Positions 13,401-25,560 of a stretch of 64,000 nucleotides of DNA are shown in pieces. Made by a program: the position numbers and the translations under genes. Position 1 is the first letter of the stretch. The number at the start of each line of letters is the position of its first letter. The notes beneath the pieces are model-generated. The model did no database searches, was not told the DNA's origin, and was given only the letters and a program-made list of their open reading frames with translations. The stretch comes from Octopus vulgaris (lineage: Eukaryota): positions 17,050,001 through 17,114,000 of the forward strand of contig OX597826.1 of NCBI GenBank assembly GCA_951406725.2, given 5' to 3'.

Positions 13401-16129
13401 AACGAACTGCAACTGAATACTGGTTAACGTAATCCATTTTATGTGATTTACAAAAAAGATGAGACAGTCTCACCTTAAATACGTTTTCATCGTAGTTATA
13501 TTTGACCTGGGGGTAAATATATTTATAGATCCCGGAGATTGACAAAGTAAACTTTATCTTAGGAACTGAAAAAACTAGAGAAAAAGAAATGGAAAATATT
13601 AAGAATTTTAGTGCGAATAATTGTTTCTACCACGTCAGTATTATTCAAGTGCAAAAATATTGGGATTATCCGAATTGCTCAGCAAGAGTAATATGGACTA
13701 TTTACAGAAATAGATTTATCACTGACTGGATAAAGCCACGTCAGTCTGTACTTAATTAAACAACGCCCTTTATATTGCACTGCACTACAATAAATTACAA
13801 TAAAAAGAGCTACACTAATATCTCATCACTCACGAAATTTTATCCATCCTGAAAGCCGGTTTCAAATCTTCCCTGAAAACAATTTTTACGGAAATAAGAA
13901 ACTTCACTATTATCCACGTATCTCCCATAGTTTTGTAAGACGAATACAATTCAAAGAAAGTTATACAGACCAAGCCAAATAAAGGTGTTTAAATGATCAC
14001 CGAACAGTTATGACTACAGTCAAACCTCTCCTACTACAAAACTTTCTATCATCAACTGCACAACACACTGACACACCGACCATTGAAATTAAACAAACAC
14101 TATTATAAACACCCAAATTATCGGTAGAGGCATTTCTAACAAAATTCTATTAGAAATCGTATAATTAATCATTACATAACAGTACATACATTAAACTAAG
14201 TACCTCAGAACGTCTGGAAGGGAATCCTCTAAAATAAGACAACGTTAATACAAGCACAATTAGACAACTTGAATATTAAACTTGCTACAAATATATGGGC
14301 AATTCGCAAACACAACACGCTATTCGCACACATAACGGAATATTCAAGCCCCATTCCAAAAATACACAAAATAAGAAACAGAACAAAACAAAGGTAGGAA
14401 TTATCAACGAATGTATACCAAATCTGAAAGAGAAATTTAGTAAACATTTGTTAATAAAAATCGGGGATACAAAATGCATCAAAAATTACAAGATTCTCAC
14501 AAGGGTCTACACTACGTCAGATATCGCAAAAATCGATGTCAACAAATATTCATTTACACTAACAGCAAATAAAATCTTTATGAAGCAACTTTTAAAATTA
14601 GAGTAAGGAAGCTTGAGTGTGAGAGAACAAGAGAAAAAGGAAAAGCTAGAGATTAACTGGAGACTGCTTTCCTCGACATTCATCTCTGTTCTCTCTCTCA
14701 CTTTCTCTCTCTCTCTCTCTCTCTCTCTCCCTCTCTTCCATACATATCACTTTTGGATAGTTATCCGATTACTCTGAGTTAATAATCCGTGTACTATTCA
14801 AACCCCACACCAAACGATTATGCATACAATTCTTTTCTTCTTCACTGACCGACACAATTTCAAGGTAAAAATTGACCTGGCCAATATTACTACTTTTCCG
14901 TCACTGAACCTTATCATTCCTTCTCACATTAACTAATGGTAATAACTGCTTCTAACATAGGCACAAAGCTTGGAATTTGGAGGGAGTTGAGAAACAGATT
15001 ATATCTATTCCTATAATTCATCTCCCAAGGATCTGACCGTAAATAGCGGAAACGAATATCACAAGAGTCTAATAATTCTTCTAACTTCGGAGTCAAATTA
15101 ATTGTTTCTGATTTTGGCAGAAGGCAGTAATTTTCAGGTAGAGGGGTTTAATCGACACTATCACTTCCAGTGCTCAACTAGAATTATATTCTATTGATTC
15201 AGGAGACAGAGTTGACATGGTTGGAATATGAACCCAGAACATAATGAGCAGGAATTCAGCATCCATTTTAATAAAATCAATGTCAAGTATGAAAATCTCA
15301 TTTAAATACCAAATATATAAATGATATCTGTCATATCAAGAATAAACTAAGGTTCTTTACATGCTACAGCAACGGAGAGTCAAAGCTTCTCTTCTTTATG
15401 TTATACCATTCAATATGATTACTAGCGCATAAAATTGTTCATTAGTCTAATATTTAAAGTTACAACCTACTTGTCTGTTCAAAAACCTAACATAAGAGGA
15501 TAGCAATAAGATTTACAAATCTTAGCAATCAGATAAGAGTTGGGTAATAATGATTACTTTTAACAAAAGCTCCTGCAATACAACGGTCATGAATTAGTTC
15601 TAAAATGTTCGGCTGCAAATCTAACTCATTGTCTTCTCTTTGATATTATCCGCTCACTGACAGCACCGAACGAAAGTAGCAAGTGTGCGTTCATCTCAAA
15701 ATCTTTAGTGGGTATAATTGCTTAATTTTCAGTGTTAAATAAAACTTAGAATTATTTGGTTGTATTAGAAAATGTTAACATTTTATTTGCTTTTCATTTG
15801 CAACGACTTCATAATATGTTGCATCAGAATATAGCTGTCTAGTCTACGATACATAATTTTATTTAAAGAAAAACTACAAGCAATTGATAATTCGTATTAC
15901 TATAAGCGGGATGCACAAACGTACAGAGCTTGTAATAGATAAGGTTTCCTTTAATATTGAGAATGAAATGCTTGAAACTGTCTAGTGCCAGTACAAATTA
16001 CTTAAATTAATGTAAGTAGCTTTGACTCTTGTATCACTGGGTAGATCATAGAAATATAGTCTGAGAGAAATAAACATTAAGATATAATGCACTACTACTA
16101 CTACTACTTGTAGTAATGATAATAATTTT

Positions 16130-16340
16130 GTCTACTTTGGCAAATAACCATAAATTTTGTGGAGGAAGGGGACTGGTCGATTACATCGACTTCAGTATTT
16201 AACTGGTACTTATTTTATTGACCCTGCGAAGATGCACGCGAAAGTCGACGTCGGCAGAATTTGAACTCAGAATGTAAAGACAAAGGATATGTCGCTAATC
16301 ATTTTGTCCGGTGTGCTAATTATTGTGCCAGCTCGCCGCC
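16130..16340 (-). mobile_element. SINE family B, unit 1 of a tandem cluster
   Basis: Full reverse-complement family B sequence ending gccagctcgccgcc. Confidence 0.88.
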
Positions 16341-16409
16341 TGAACATCAACATCAAGAACAACGACAAAAACAGCAACAACTACAGCAGTAGTAGTAATA
16401 AGGGTAATG

Positions 16410-16620
16410 CTTTCTGCTATAGGCACAAGGCCTGACATTTAGAGGGAAGGGACCAGTCGATCACATCGACCCCAGTGTTCAACAGGTACTTATTTCATCA
16501 ACACCGAAAGGATAAAAGGCAAAGTCGACCTCACCGGAATTTGAATTCAAAACGTAAAGACGGATGAAATGCCGCAAGGAATTTTGTCCAGAGTGCTATC
16601 TATCTTGCGAGCTGACCGCC
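16410..16620 (-). mobile_element. SINE family B, unit 2
   Basis: tttctgctataggcacaaggcctgac...gaatttgaattc...gagctgaccgcc. Confidence 0.88.
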
Positions 16621-16683
16621 TTAACAACAACACCAGCAACAATAACAACAGCAACAACAACAACAACATAGTAATAATAATAA

Positions 16684-16714
<31 letters not shown>

Positions 16715-16740
16715 AAGAAGAAGAAGAAGAAGAAGAATAA

Positions 16741-17113
16741 TCCTTCTATTATAGGCACAGGGTCTGAAATTTTTGAGAAGGGAATAAATCGTTTACATCG
16801 ACCCCAGTACTCAACTGATACCTAATTTATTGACCCCAAATGGATGAAAGGCAAAGTCGACCTCAACAGAATTTGAACTCAGAACATAAGATAGACGAAA
16901 TACCTATTTCTTTACTACCCACAAGGGGCTAAACACAGAGAGAACAAACAAGGACAGACAAACGGATTAAGTCGAGTATAACGACCACAGTGCGTAATTG
17001 GTACTTATACAATCGACCCCAAAAGGACGATAGGCGAAGTCGATCTCGGCGGAATTTGAACTCAGAACGTAGCGGCAGACGAAATACCGCTAAGTATTTC
17101 GCCCGGCGTGCGA
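16741..17113 (-). mobile_element. Dimeric SINE family B (two monomers with different tails)
   Basis: The monomer with an aggcacagggtctgaaa tail (16741-16904) joins at gacgaaatacc to a monomer with a tatttctttactacccacaagggg tail (16905-17113). Confidence 0.85.
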
Positions 17114-17188
<75 letters not shown>

Positions 17189-17934
17189 TTGCAGCACAAG
17201 ACCAAAGCCTCCCCACCAGAAATTACCAAAAACATGTAATGAAAAGAAATAATACAAGTAACTGCAGAATATGTGGAGATGGACAAGAAACAATAAATCA
17301 TATTATCTCTAGCTGCCCAGTCCTGGCTAAGAAGGAATATATTCACAGACATGACAGAGTTGGAACCTACATACATTGGAAGCTATGCCAACATTATGGA
17401 ATAACAACAGAAAAAAGATGGTATAGGCACACACCAGAAAAGGTCACAGAAAACGAGAAAGCAACCATACTCTGGGATATGCCGATACACACAGATAGAG
17501 AAATTAAGGCCAACAGACCAGATATAGTTGTCAGAGACCATGAAGAAAAAAATGCTTTCTAATTGATGTATCAGTACCGGCAGATGACAACGTGTCTCTA
17601 AAAGAAATGGAGAAACTCTCAAAATACAAAGACCTGGAAATAGAGGTAACTAGAATGTGGAATCTGAAAACAGAAACAATTCCTAACATAGTAGGTGCAT
17701 TAGGCATGATAAAAAAATATTCAGACAAATACATAACAAAAACACCAGGACTTACAAACACATATAACATACAGAAAATTGCACTACTAGGCACTGCACA
17801 CATCCTACGCAGAACACTTTCCATACAATAACCATCAGAGCATCACAACAAATCACAGCACATACCCAAGGCACACAGAGCTGCGCTCGGTAGTGAAGTG
17901 AAAGCACGCTATAAAAATAAAAATAAAACTACTG
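17189..17934 (+). mobile_element. 5'-truncated R4/Dong-like LINE, young copy (CCHC knuckle plus REL endonuclease)
   Basis: AAQDQSL, CRICG..ETINHIISSC, RHD, RPDIV, IDVSVP, KLSKY, IVGALG, LLGTAHILRR*. One frameshift in the A-run near 17550; flanked on both sides by (AAT)n. Confidence 0.93.
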
Positions 17935-17972
17935 AATAATAATAATAACAATAATAATAATGATAATAATAA

Positions 17973-18327
17973 CGATGCTGGGTCATAGATATAGCATGCC
18001 CAGCTGACAACAAGGTATGCGATAAGGAAGAAAGAAAAGTCGATAGATATAACAGGTTAGCTTGAGAGTTTAAGCAGTTGTGGTCACAGAAAAAGGTGAT
18101 AGCAGTATCAATAATGGTCAAAGCCCTGGGAACAGTGAGTAAAAATTTTGAGAAGTACATGGAACAAATATGGGCTGCAATAAGGGTGGAGTACTTGCAG
18201 AAAACAGCACTGCTTGGAACCATTCGAGTACTCCGGATAGTGATCGAAAAATAAGGGATGTTACCTTAGTTCACAGGTAGTGAACAGCTGACACCGTAGT
18301 ACATCCCCAACGTTAGAAGCTATGCAA
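17973..18327 (+). mobile_element. 5'-truncated R4/Dong-like LINE, second family
   Basis: CWVIDIACPADNKVCDKEERKVDRY...KALGTV...LQKTALLGTIRVLR, then a 3' UTR and (AAT)n; one in-frame stop. Confidence 0.88.
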
Positions 18328-18407
18328 ATAATAATAATAATAATAATAATAATAATTATAATAATAATAATAAGAAGAAGAAGAATAAATATTAATAATA
18401 AGAATAA

Positions 18408-18593
18408 TCCTTTCCACTGAAAGCACAAGGCCCCAAATCAACTCCAGTACATAACTGGTACTTAATTTATCGACCCCGAAAAGGATGACAGGCGAAGTCG
18501 ACCCCGGCGGCATTTGAACTCTGAACGTGGCGACAGACGAAATACCGATAAGCATTTCGTCCAGCGTGCTAACGATTCTGCCAGTTGATCGCC
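18408..18593 (-). mobile_element. SINE family B
   Basis: cctttccactgaaagcacaaggcc...gtgctaacgattctgccagttgatcgcc. Confidence 0.88.
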
Positions 18594-18931
18594 TTAACAA
18601 CACCAGCAACAATAACAACAGCAGCAACAACAACAACAACAAACAAGAACAACATAAGAAGAAGAAGAAGAAGAAGAAGAAATATTTTTCTATCAGTAGT
18701 TAAAAATAAAAAAAAGGTGAATTGCTTCTTTTTAAGGCCAAGGTCAACACTCTCATCGATCGCTGACATTTGACCTCTGCTGACCCAAAGAGTGTGAAAT
18801 CTCTTTTGTCTCCTTATCGCGCTGGATTGTTCACTGCTGACCTCCTCCCCATCTCCCCAATCTATTTGCAGGTCTGTAGGAGTTGGCCTATTCACCAAAC
18901 TGCTACTCTTCTACTATACCCTTCAATACTC

Positions 18932-20315
18932 ACATCGGTATGAAATTTGGGATTACCAAATGCTCAGTACTTCATATGAGAAGAGGCAAGAAAGCAGCCT
19001 GCAGAGGATTGCGGTTACCATCAGGAGAGACCATGGGTGAACCCGACGGTAGTAGGTATAGATATGTAGGAATTTTGGAGCTGGATGACATTCTACACAG
19101 AAAAATGAAAGTCAAGATCAGCGAAGCGTATCAAAAAAGGGTGAAGATGGTGTTGAAACCCAACGCGAATGCCATAAATTTGATTACCGCAATGAATATC
19201 TGAGCAGTTGTGGTGGTCAGATATAGTGCGCCCATCCTCAAATGGACTAAGGAGGAAATATCAACACTGGATAGAAGGACGTAAAAGTTGATGACGCTGC
19301 ATGGGTGCTGTAACCTAAAACAAACGTAAACAGACTGTATATGAAAAGAAAGAATGGTGGCAGAGAACTAATTAGTATAGACCATTGTATAAGGAATGAA
19401 AGGAGAACGCTTGCCGAGTATTTGATAAATAGTGATGAAGACCTGTTGCAATATATGCGAAAGATATCGGTGTAAATGCTGATGAAATGGGCAAGGAAGA
19501 ATTTGACCAAAGAGCTGAAAACAAGAGAAAAGAAAACTTTCATGAAATGAGAATGCATGGACAGCTTGGAAGTAATACATAGGACGTATGGCTTCTGCGA
19601 GGTAATTTGAAGCGTACCACCGAAAGCCTGATCATTGCTGCACAAGACCAGGCTCACGCTACCAATTCAGTGAAGTATAACATCTATAACATTTCTGACG
19701 CCCAGAAATGCAGATGCTGTGGGAAGAGTGTGGAAAATGTGATCCATTTGGTAAGTGAATGTGATAAAGTGTGTGTATGTATCTTCATTGGCTCTTATGC
19801 TGTAAATATGAAGTAACAGAGAACTGGTATGAGCATGTAACAAGTAAAGTTATGCAGGAGGAAGGAAAAGTAACGATATTCTGGGACTATAAGTTTCAAA
19901 TGGATCGTCTAACCGAACACCGTCGGCCGGATATTGTCATATTGAATAAGAGCGACAAATACGATCAGATCATAGATGTAGCCATACCAAATGACATGAA
20001 TGTTGTGAGTAAAGAGGTTGAAAAAATCACCAAGTACTCCGAATTGAAAGTGGAAATGGCAAGACTGCAAAGAATGCGAGAGGGTAATGTAAAAGTAATA
20101 CCAGTGGTAATCGGAGCGTTGGCCTCAATCCCATTGAAACTTCAAAACTTCTTAAGGTAACTGGAAATCCCATGCAAGATTGGTGTCTTCCAAAAACCAG
20201 CCTTATTAGGCACAGTCACATCTTAAGGAAAGTATTATCTGTCTGAGGTCCTTGTTGTCATTTGACAGATGACTAAAGACTCGGGTGCATTTTTACCTTC
20301 ATTGTGTTACGAAAG
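18932..20315 (+). mobile_element. R4/Dong-like LINE, third family (RT C-terminus, thumb, CCHC, REL), decayed
   Basis: IGMKFGITKC, YRYVGILE, ESLIIAAQDQA, CRCCG..ENVIHLVSEC, RRPDIV, IIDVAIP, KITKY, VIPVVIGAL; multiple stops and frameshifts; (AAT)-like tail. Confidence 0.92.
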
Positions 20316-20489
20316 AATAATAATAACAATAATCATCATAATCTTTTCTACTAAAGGAGTTTAGAGAAGGATGGCGGAAGAAAGCAGCCTAGAGTATAGA
20401 GTCGTATCAAAAAGGTAAAGATAAACTCACTGGAAATTGTATGCGTCGCGTTCAATTAAATAATGGGTTCAACGAAATAATATGTAATA

Positions 20490-20672
20490 TACAGTTCTAT
20501 ATTTAAGAGATGAGGAATTATGTACATTATCTACATTATTTACCTTTGATGGATATTTGTCCACATCGTGTTTGTTGTAAACACAACGTTTCGGCTGATA
20601 TAACCTCCAGCCTTCATCAGGTGTCTTGGGAAAATTTCGAACCTGCGTTCTCATTCCTAAGGTATTTTTCGA

Positions 20673-20748
<76 letters not shown>

Positions 20749-20750
20749 AC

Positions 20751-20841
<91 letters not shown>

Positions 20842-20989
20842 TATGGTACTATATTTACTAGAAGTGAAATTTTTTATCTATTATGGAACGGATTACTTTG
20901 ATAAGGTTTTTATTTATTTATTTTTTTGCCATAATGTAGAATAAGCCCAATTATATTATTGTTGTTGTTATTATTATTATTATTATTAC

Positions 20990-21035
<46 letters not shown>

Positions 21036-21700
21036 TATTTTTATTTTTTTTGTGGCGTATACGTTTTATATATGGGATAACTTTTTTTACGTTTGAAGCA
21101 TTTATTAGCTTTGTAGTTGGAGTAAAGTTGATAGACATTCTTCTTCTCATTATTATTATACTTATAACTATTGGAATGATTGTTTTATTTGTATTGTTAT
21201 GCGTATTAATTCTAAATATAGGTTCAATTTTATCTATAGACAAGTTATCGTTTATCTTTTTGGCTGTGTGGGTGAAGGGTTTATCATTATTTTCAATTTT
21301 AATTTTATATGTATAGCCTGACTTAGCGAATGCTGAATTATAATAGTCCTTATCAATATTAGATGAGAGGTAAGTAATTCTGCGTTGAATATTTTAAACT
21401 AAACATTTAGTTATTGTTTTCTGATGATTATTATAATGATTATTATATGTTAACTTTGAATTAGGTTTGTGATATGGTGCATGGTTTCCTGTGAGTAGGT
21501 TATGGTTGACATCTAAAAGGTTTACGGAACTATGCTCGTTTTATGCGGAAAGTTTCAGGCCAAATTTATTAAAGAATTCGTGAAATTTCTTCTTGTAATT
21601 TTTTTAATTTTCTGTTACTGTTAGTTTTAGTTATAAATAATGCATTGTCTCTATATAATCATCCGGCTATTTTTGGAAATTCATTAATGAACTTGTACAA
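20490..21700 (-). mobile_element. Penelope-like element remnant: RT core/thumb, (AAT)n tract and pseudo-LTR
   Basis: Minus-strand LYRDNAL (YRDD motif), FGLKL, VNLLDV, PYHKPN, NIQRRITYLSSN, YYNSAFAKSGY. Terminal repeat at 20490-20672 carries a hammerhead motif. Confidence 0.8.
20580..20625 (-). ncRNA. Minimal type I hammerhead ribozyme motif
   Basis: Minus strand gacac-CTGATGA-a-ggctg(gaggttatat)cagcc-GAAAC-GTT-gtgtt: intact core, stems I and II, palindromic ACGT stem III. Confidence 0.8.
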
Positions 21701-22139
21701 GGAGTCCTTTAGATTCATAGCAAAGTGGTCTGGCTTGGAACCGTCTAGATGCTTCAAAGAAACGAGAAGCCTGGTCGGACGGGAAAGTATGTAATTGATA
21801 ATAAAAGTAAGAGGCTTGGTGCCTCACTTTTATTGTATTTTTATTGTATTTTTTTTGTGAATTGTGTAAGAGGTTTATTGCCTCATAACTGGTTTTTGTA
21901 TTGTAAAAATGTAAGAGGCTTATGGCCTCATAAATGTGTTTTTTGAACTGGGTAGAAGGTTTAATGCCTCGAGTATGAAACTTAAAAAGAATAATGCCTT
22001 CGGGTAAACAGCAATCGACGAGTGTTGCTTGTTGCCCTCATTTTTCACCATTTCATTTGTCACTCATATCATTATGTGTGTGTCCAGCCAGTAGCTTCCT
22101 TTCTTTGTAAGGCCCTTGTGGCTAATTAAATTAATAAAT
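21700..22139 (+). mobile_element. Probable 3' end/UTR of an L1/Tx1-like LINE containing four hairpin repeats
   Basis: T-rich UTR-like tract ending gcccttgtggctaattaaattaataaa; four copies of a 20-bp motif. The clade assignment is inference. Confidence 0.45.
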
Positions 22140-22305
22140 GAAGCTTGCTTTCCAACCACAAAGTTCCGAATTCAGTCCCACTGCGTGTCTCCTTAGGCAA
22201 GTGTCTTCTACTATAGCTTCAGATCGACCAAAACCTTGTGGGTGGATTTGGTAGACAGAAACTGAAAGCCCATTATAATGTATATAATGTATATGTGTAT
22301 GTTTG

Positions 22306-22338
<33 letters not shown>

Positions 22339-22550
22339 TTGTGATTGGTACCCCGCTATCGCTCGACAATTTATGCTAGTGTGTTTATGCCCCCCGTTAC
22401 CTTGCAATTCGGCAAAGGATAATAAAGAGAAAGTACTAGGCTTACAAAGAATGAGTCTTGGGGCCGATTTCTACGACTAAAACCCTTTAAGGCGGCGCTC
22501 GATCATGGCCGCAGTCAAGTTACTGAAACAAGTAAAAGAATAAAAGAATA
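22140..22550 (+). mobile_element. SINE family A, 5'-clipped
   Basis: aagcttgctttccaaccac...gaattcagtcccactgcg...actgaaacaagtaaaagaataaaagaata. Confidence 0.88.
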
Positions 22551-24613
22551 TTGAATGCGATATTCTGCCTATTATTGAAATCTAAAGATTACCGAATGAA
22601 CTGACAAAATCCAAAGCTCGACTTGAATTTCGAGTGTTTGAAAGTATATAAGTATTTAAATTAGGAAAGATGGTTTATATTATTTAGAACATATATATAT
22701 TTAGAATGTATATATAACATGGTTTATATTATTTAGAATATATCAACGTGTTTATTTTGAATGCGATGACAGCCTTTCTAGAGATACTGCGAAAATTTAT
22801 GGTAGTTTTTGATTGATAAAATTTTTACGTAATTTGGAATTTACTATAATAGTGTTCATTCAGGAAATGCGGCTGCCAACATTTACATCATTCCAAGAGA
22901 GGAAGCCTAACATTTTAAAGAGTCTATGAAACAGTAGTATGTGTACTTAACCAATATCTATTACATTTTCACCATAATGTACATTTTGGCAAACAAATAC
23001 TTAGAATTCATACAATATTCTCTTACCATGTAATCAGTACAGCATTAGAATATCGCATGAAATTAAATGTAACTGATATCTAAAAGCATATTTCGAAATT
23101 ACTCCTGCAATTATGAAATGTTTATAATGCCTTATATTAATTTCTATATATTCGAGTTTATGATACACATTTAAATAGTCGATTTTTGCAAAAGAAAAAA
23201 TGTGTGACATGTGTTTTTATAAATTCCGAGTCTGGAGGAAGGTGCCGGACTGCCTATACTATTGAGGGTAATGTCGTTGTTTATTTAGATTGTTATATTT
23301 CAACACCTACAGAAAATACCTAATCAAGAGGTAGTCTGGTGTTCTCACGAGGAAGAACTGAGCATAGTACTCCAATGTAGGTGTCACGTACTATTTGTTG
23401 ACAAACGCCAACTTTCGTGTGTTGGTCTTTGGAAAACGAATCGGGATACGATACGAAATTTGTTTTCGCCAGGATAGATTCTCAGTGACTGTGAGGCCCA
23501 GCAGTCGGAGCAGATGCAGCTACCCCGAGCGCTCTGACTTAGTTTGTAATGTACTGCGGTGGCGTTTACTTGATATGAGTTATGCATGTTATTTTCGTTT
23601 AAAAATAATGTTATTATGACCTTACTTGAGGTTTCCGTTCATTTTTACTTTGATTGCTCTGTCATGAATTGCGCGTTTTATATACTTAGTTGTAAATTTC
23701 ATAGTGACATGGTGTCATAGTTTATATTTCGGAAGATACTGCAATGTACGTGCCAAACATAATTACACACTACTTTTGCTTTTAATGTCAGATATATAAA
23801 TATCTGCATCGTAAAGAATGTCTCTTACATACCGTATGATTAAATTGCAACTTTGGTTCAAGTCATTCTCTTATATGTTTGTCATAAACGGAATATGAAT
23901 ATAAACATTTTTAGGGAAAGGGGGTACTTCAAATACTTGAAGATTTTTATCACTCTCCCGCTGTGTTTGGCCACCGATATGGAGAAATCGCTCCTAGTGT
24001 GAATCTGCAATGTAAATTCCATTAAATACGTAATTGTAACGAATGCAAACTGCATATTTTTGAAATGGTAATTTACATTTAAAAATTTATGGCCTCATGG
24101 ATATCACTGATAAATCAAGCCGTTCTTGTAGGAATGTATATAAAGATAAAATTTTTGATTAGTTTTCACTGAACTTTTCTTGGAAAATGTTCAAGTTGTG
24201 AGGATAATTATTGCAGAAACCTATATACTAGTTTCTTCTTTGAATATAAAAATTGATATTTGAACGTTTATCACTAAGACCTACATACGTTTATGCATTT
24301 GGGTTTTATTATCCTTAACAATTGGCCACTGGCATTTTATTTCTAATAAGTATGAGTATATTGATTTGAGCAGATAAATAGATGAAATTGTCCATTTTTC
24401 TATACTTGAGTCTATATGAAAATATAGGCATATACCCAGTCTACTACTGATATAGAAATGTGGAAAATAATTATCGGCATCTATAATATCTCGCATTAAT
24501 ATACTTGAAGACAATTATATAATAATCAGTTACATGTTCTTTAATAAAAGTTGCTTGTGTCTATAATAATACAAATGTTGGCATAGCTTTTTATTAAAAG
24601 ATGTTTTTTACGT

Positions 24614-25019
24614 TACTCTTTTACTCATTTACTTGTTTCAGTCATTTTACTGTGGCCATGCTGGAGGACCACCTTTAGTCGAGCAAATGGACCCCAGGAT
24701 TTATTCTTTGTAAGCCTAGTACTTATTCTATCGTTTTTTTTGCCGAACCGCTAAGCTACGGGGACGTAAACACACCAGCATCAGTTGTCAAGCGATGTTG
24801 GGGGGACAAACCACAGACATACAAACATATACTCACACACATATATACACATATATATAAATATATACAACGAACTTCTTTCAGTTTCCGTCTACCAAAT
24901 CCATTCACAAGGCTTTGGTCAGCCCGAGGCTATAGTAGAAGACACTCGCCCAAGGTACCACGCAGTGGGACTGAACCAGGAACCATGTGGTTTGTAAGCA
25001 AGCTACTTACTACAGAGCC
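24614..25019 (-). mobile_element. SINE family A
   Basis: Colinear with 931-1307 and retains the B-box region (gggactgaacc). Confidence 0.9.
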
Positions 25020-25149
25020 TGTTCGTAAAGCAATTCTTTATCAATAGTAATTTTTCTTCTTTTTCTCTTTCGTTTCTGTAAACTAATAGGGTCCAAATAG
25101 AAGCAAAATATCGTCAGTGAGTTATTGATGAAGGAGTAGGGTAGGTTGT

Positions 25150-25560
25150 CAGATATACACGGGTGGGTAACAATAGCTTTTAACGGAAATGACACCTTTA
25201 GCCAGAGTAAAATGCTGATACGGATGCAGAAATTCACAGTAAACCCAATTCAACTAAAACCACTGACGTGTATTAACCAGCAAATGTTCGAATGGGCTTG
25301 GACGGGCAGACAAACAAGTAGGAATTGATGACGTTGCTGCACATTTGGACAGTGGTCACAATGTATTACAGAAGATTGCTGAAGACGAACGAAGGTGTTT
25401 GGAAATGAAATGTTTTCCAAGTGGAGACAGGAGTGACTGACACTAAATATGAAGGAGACTTCTATGGTCCGCTGGAAGTGTTTGAAACCAAAGATGACAC
25501 TTTTCCTCCCAATCTGGTGCTGAGGACGAAACTTGAACGCATCTTTCGTTTTAACTGGTA
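25150..25560 (+). mobile_element. Highly decayed mariner-like transposase remnant
   Basis: Fragments DAEIHS, RADKQVGIDDVAAHLDSGH (compare mariner DRRVTIDEVA..L.ISHG) and EGDF (C-terminal GDY). Confidence 0.4.

Noticed and set aside
21807-21971. CRISPR array
   Set aside because: Eukaryotic context, degenerate repeats, unequal low-complexity spacers, no cas genes; kept only as a hairpin-repeat finding.
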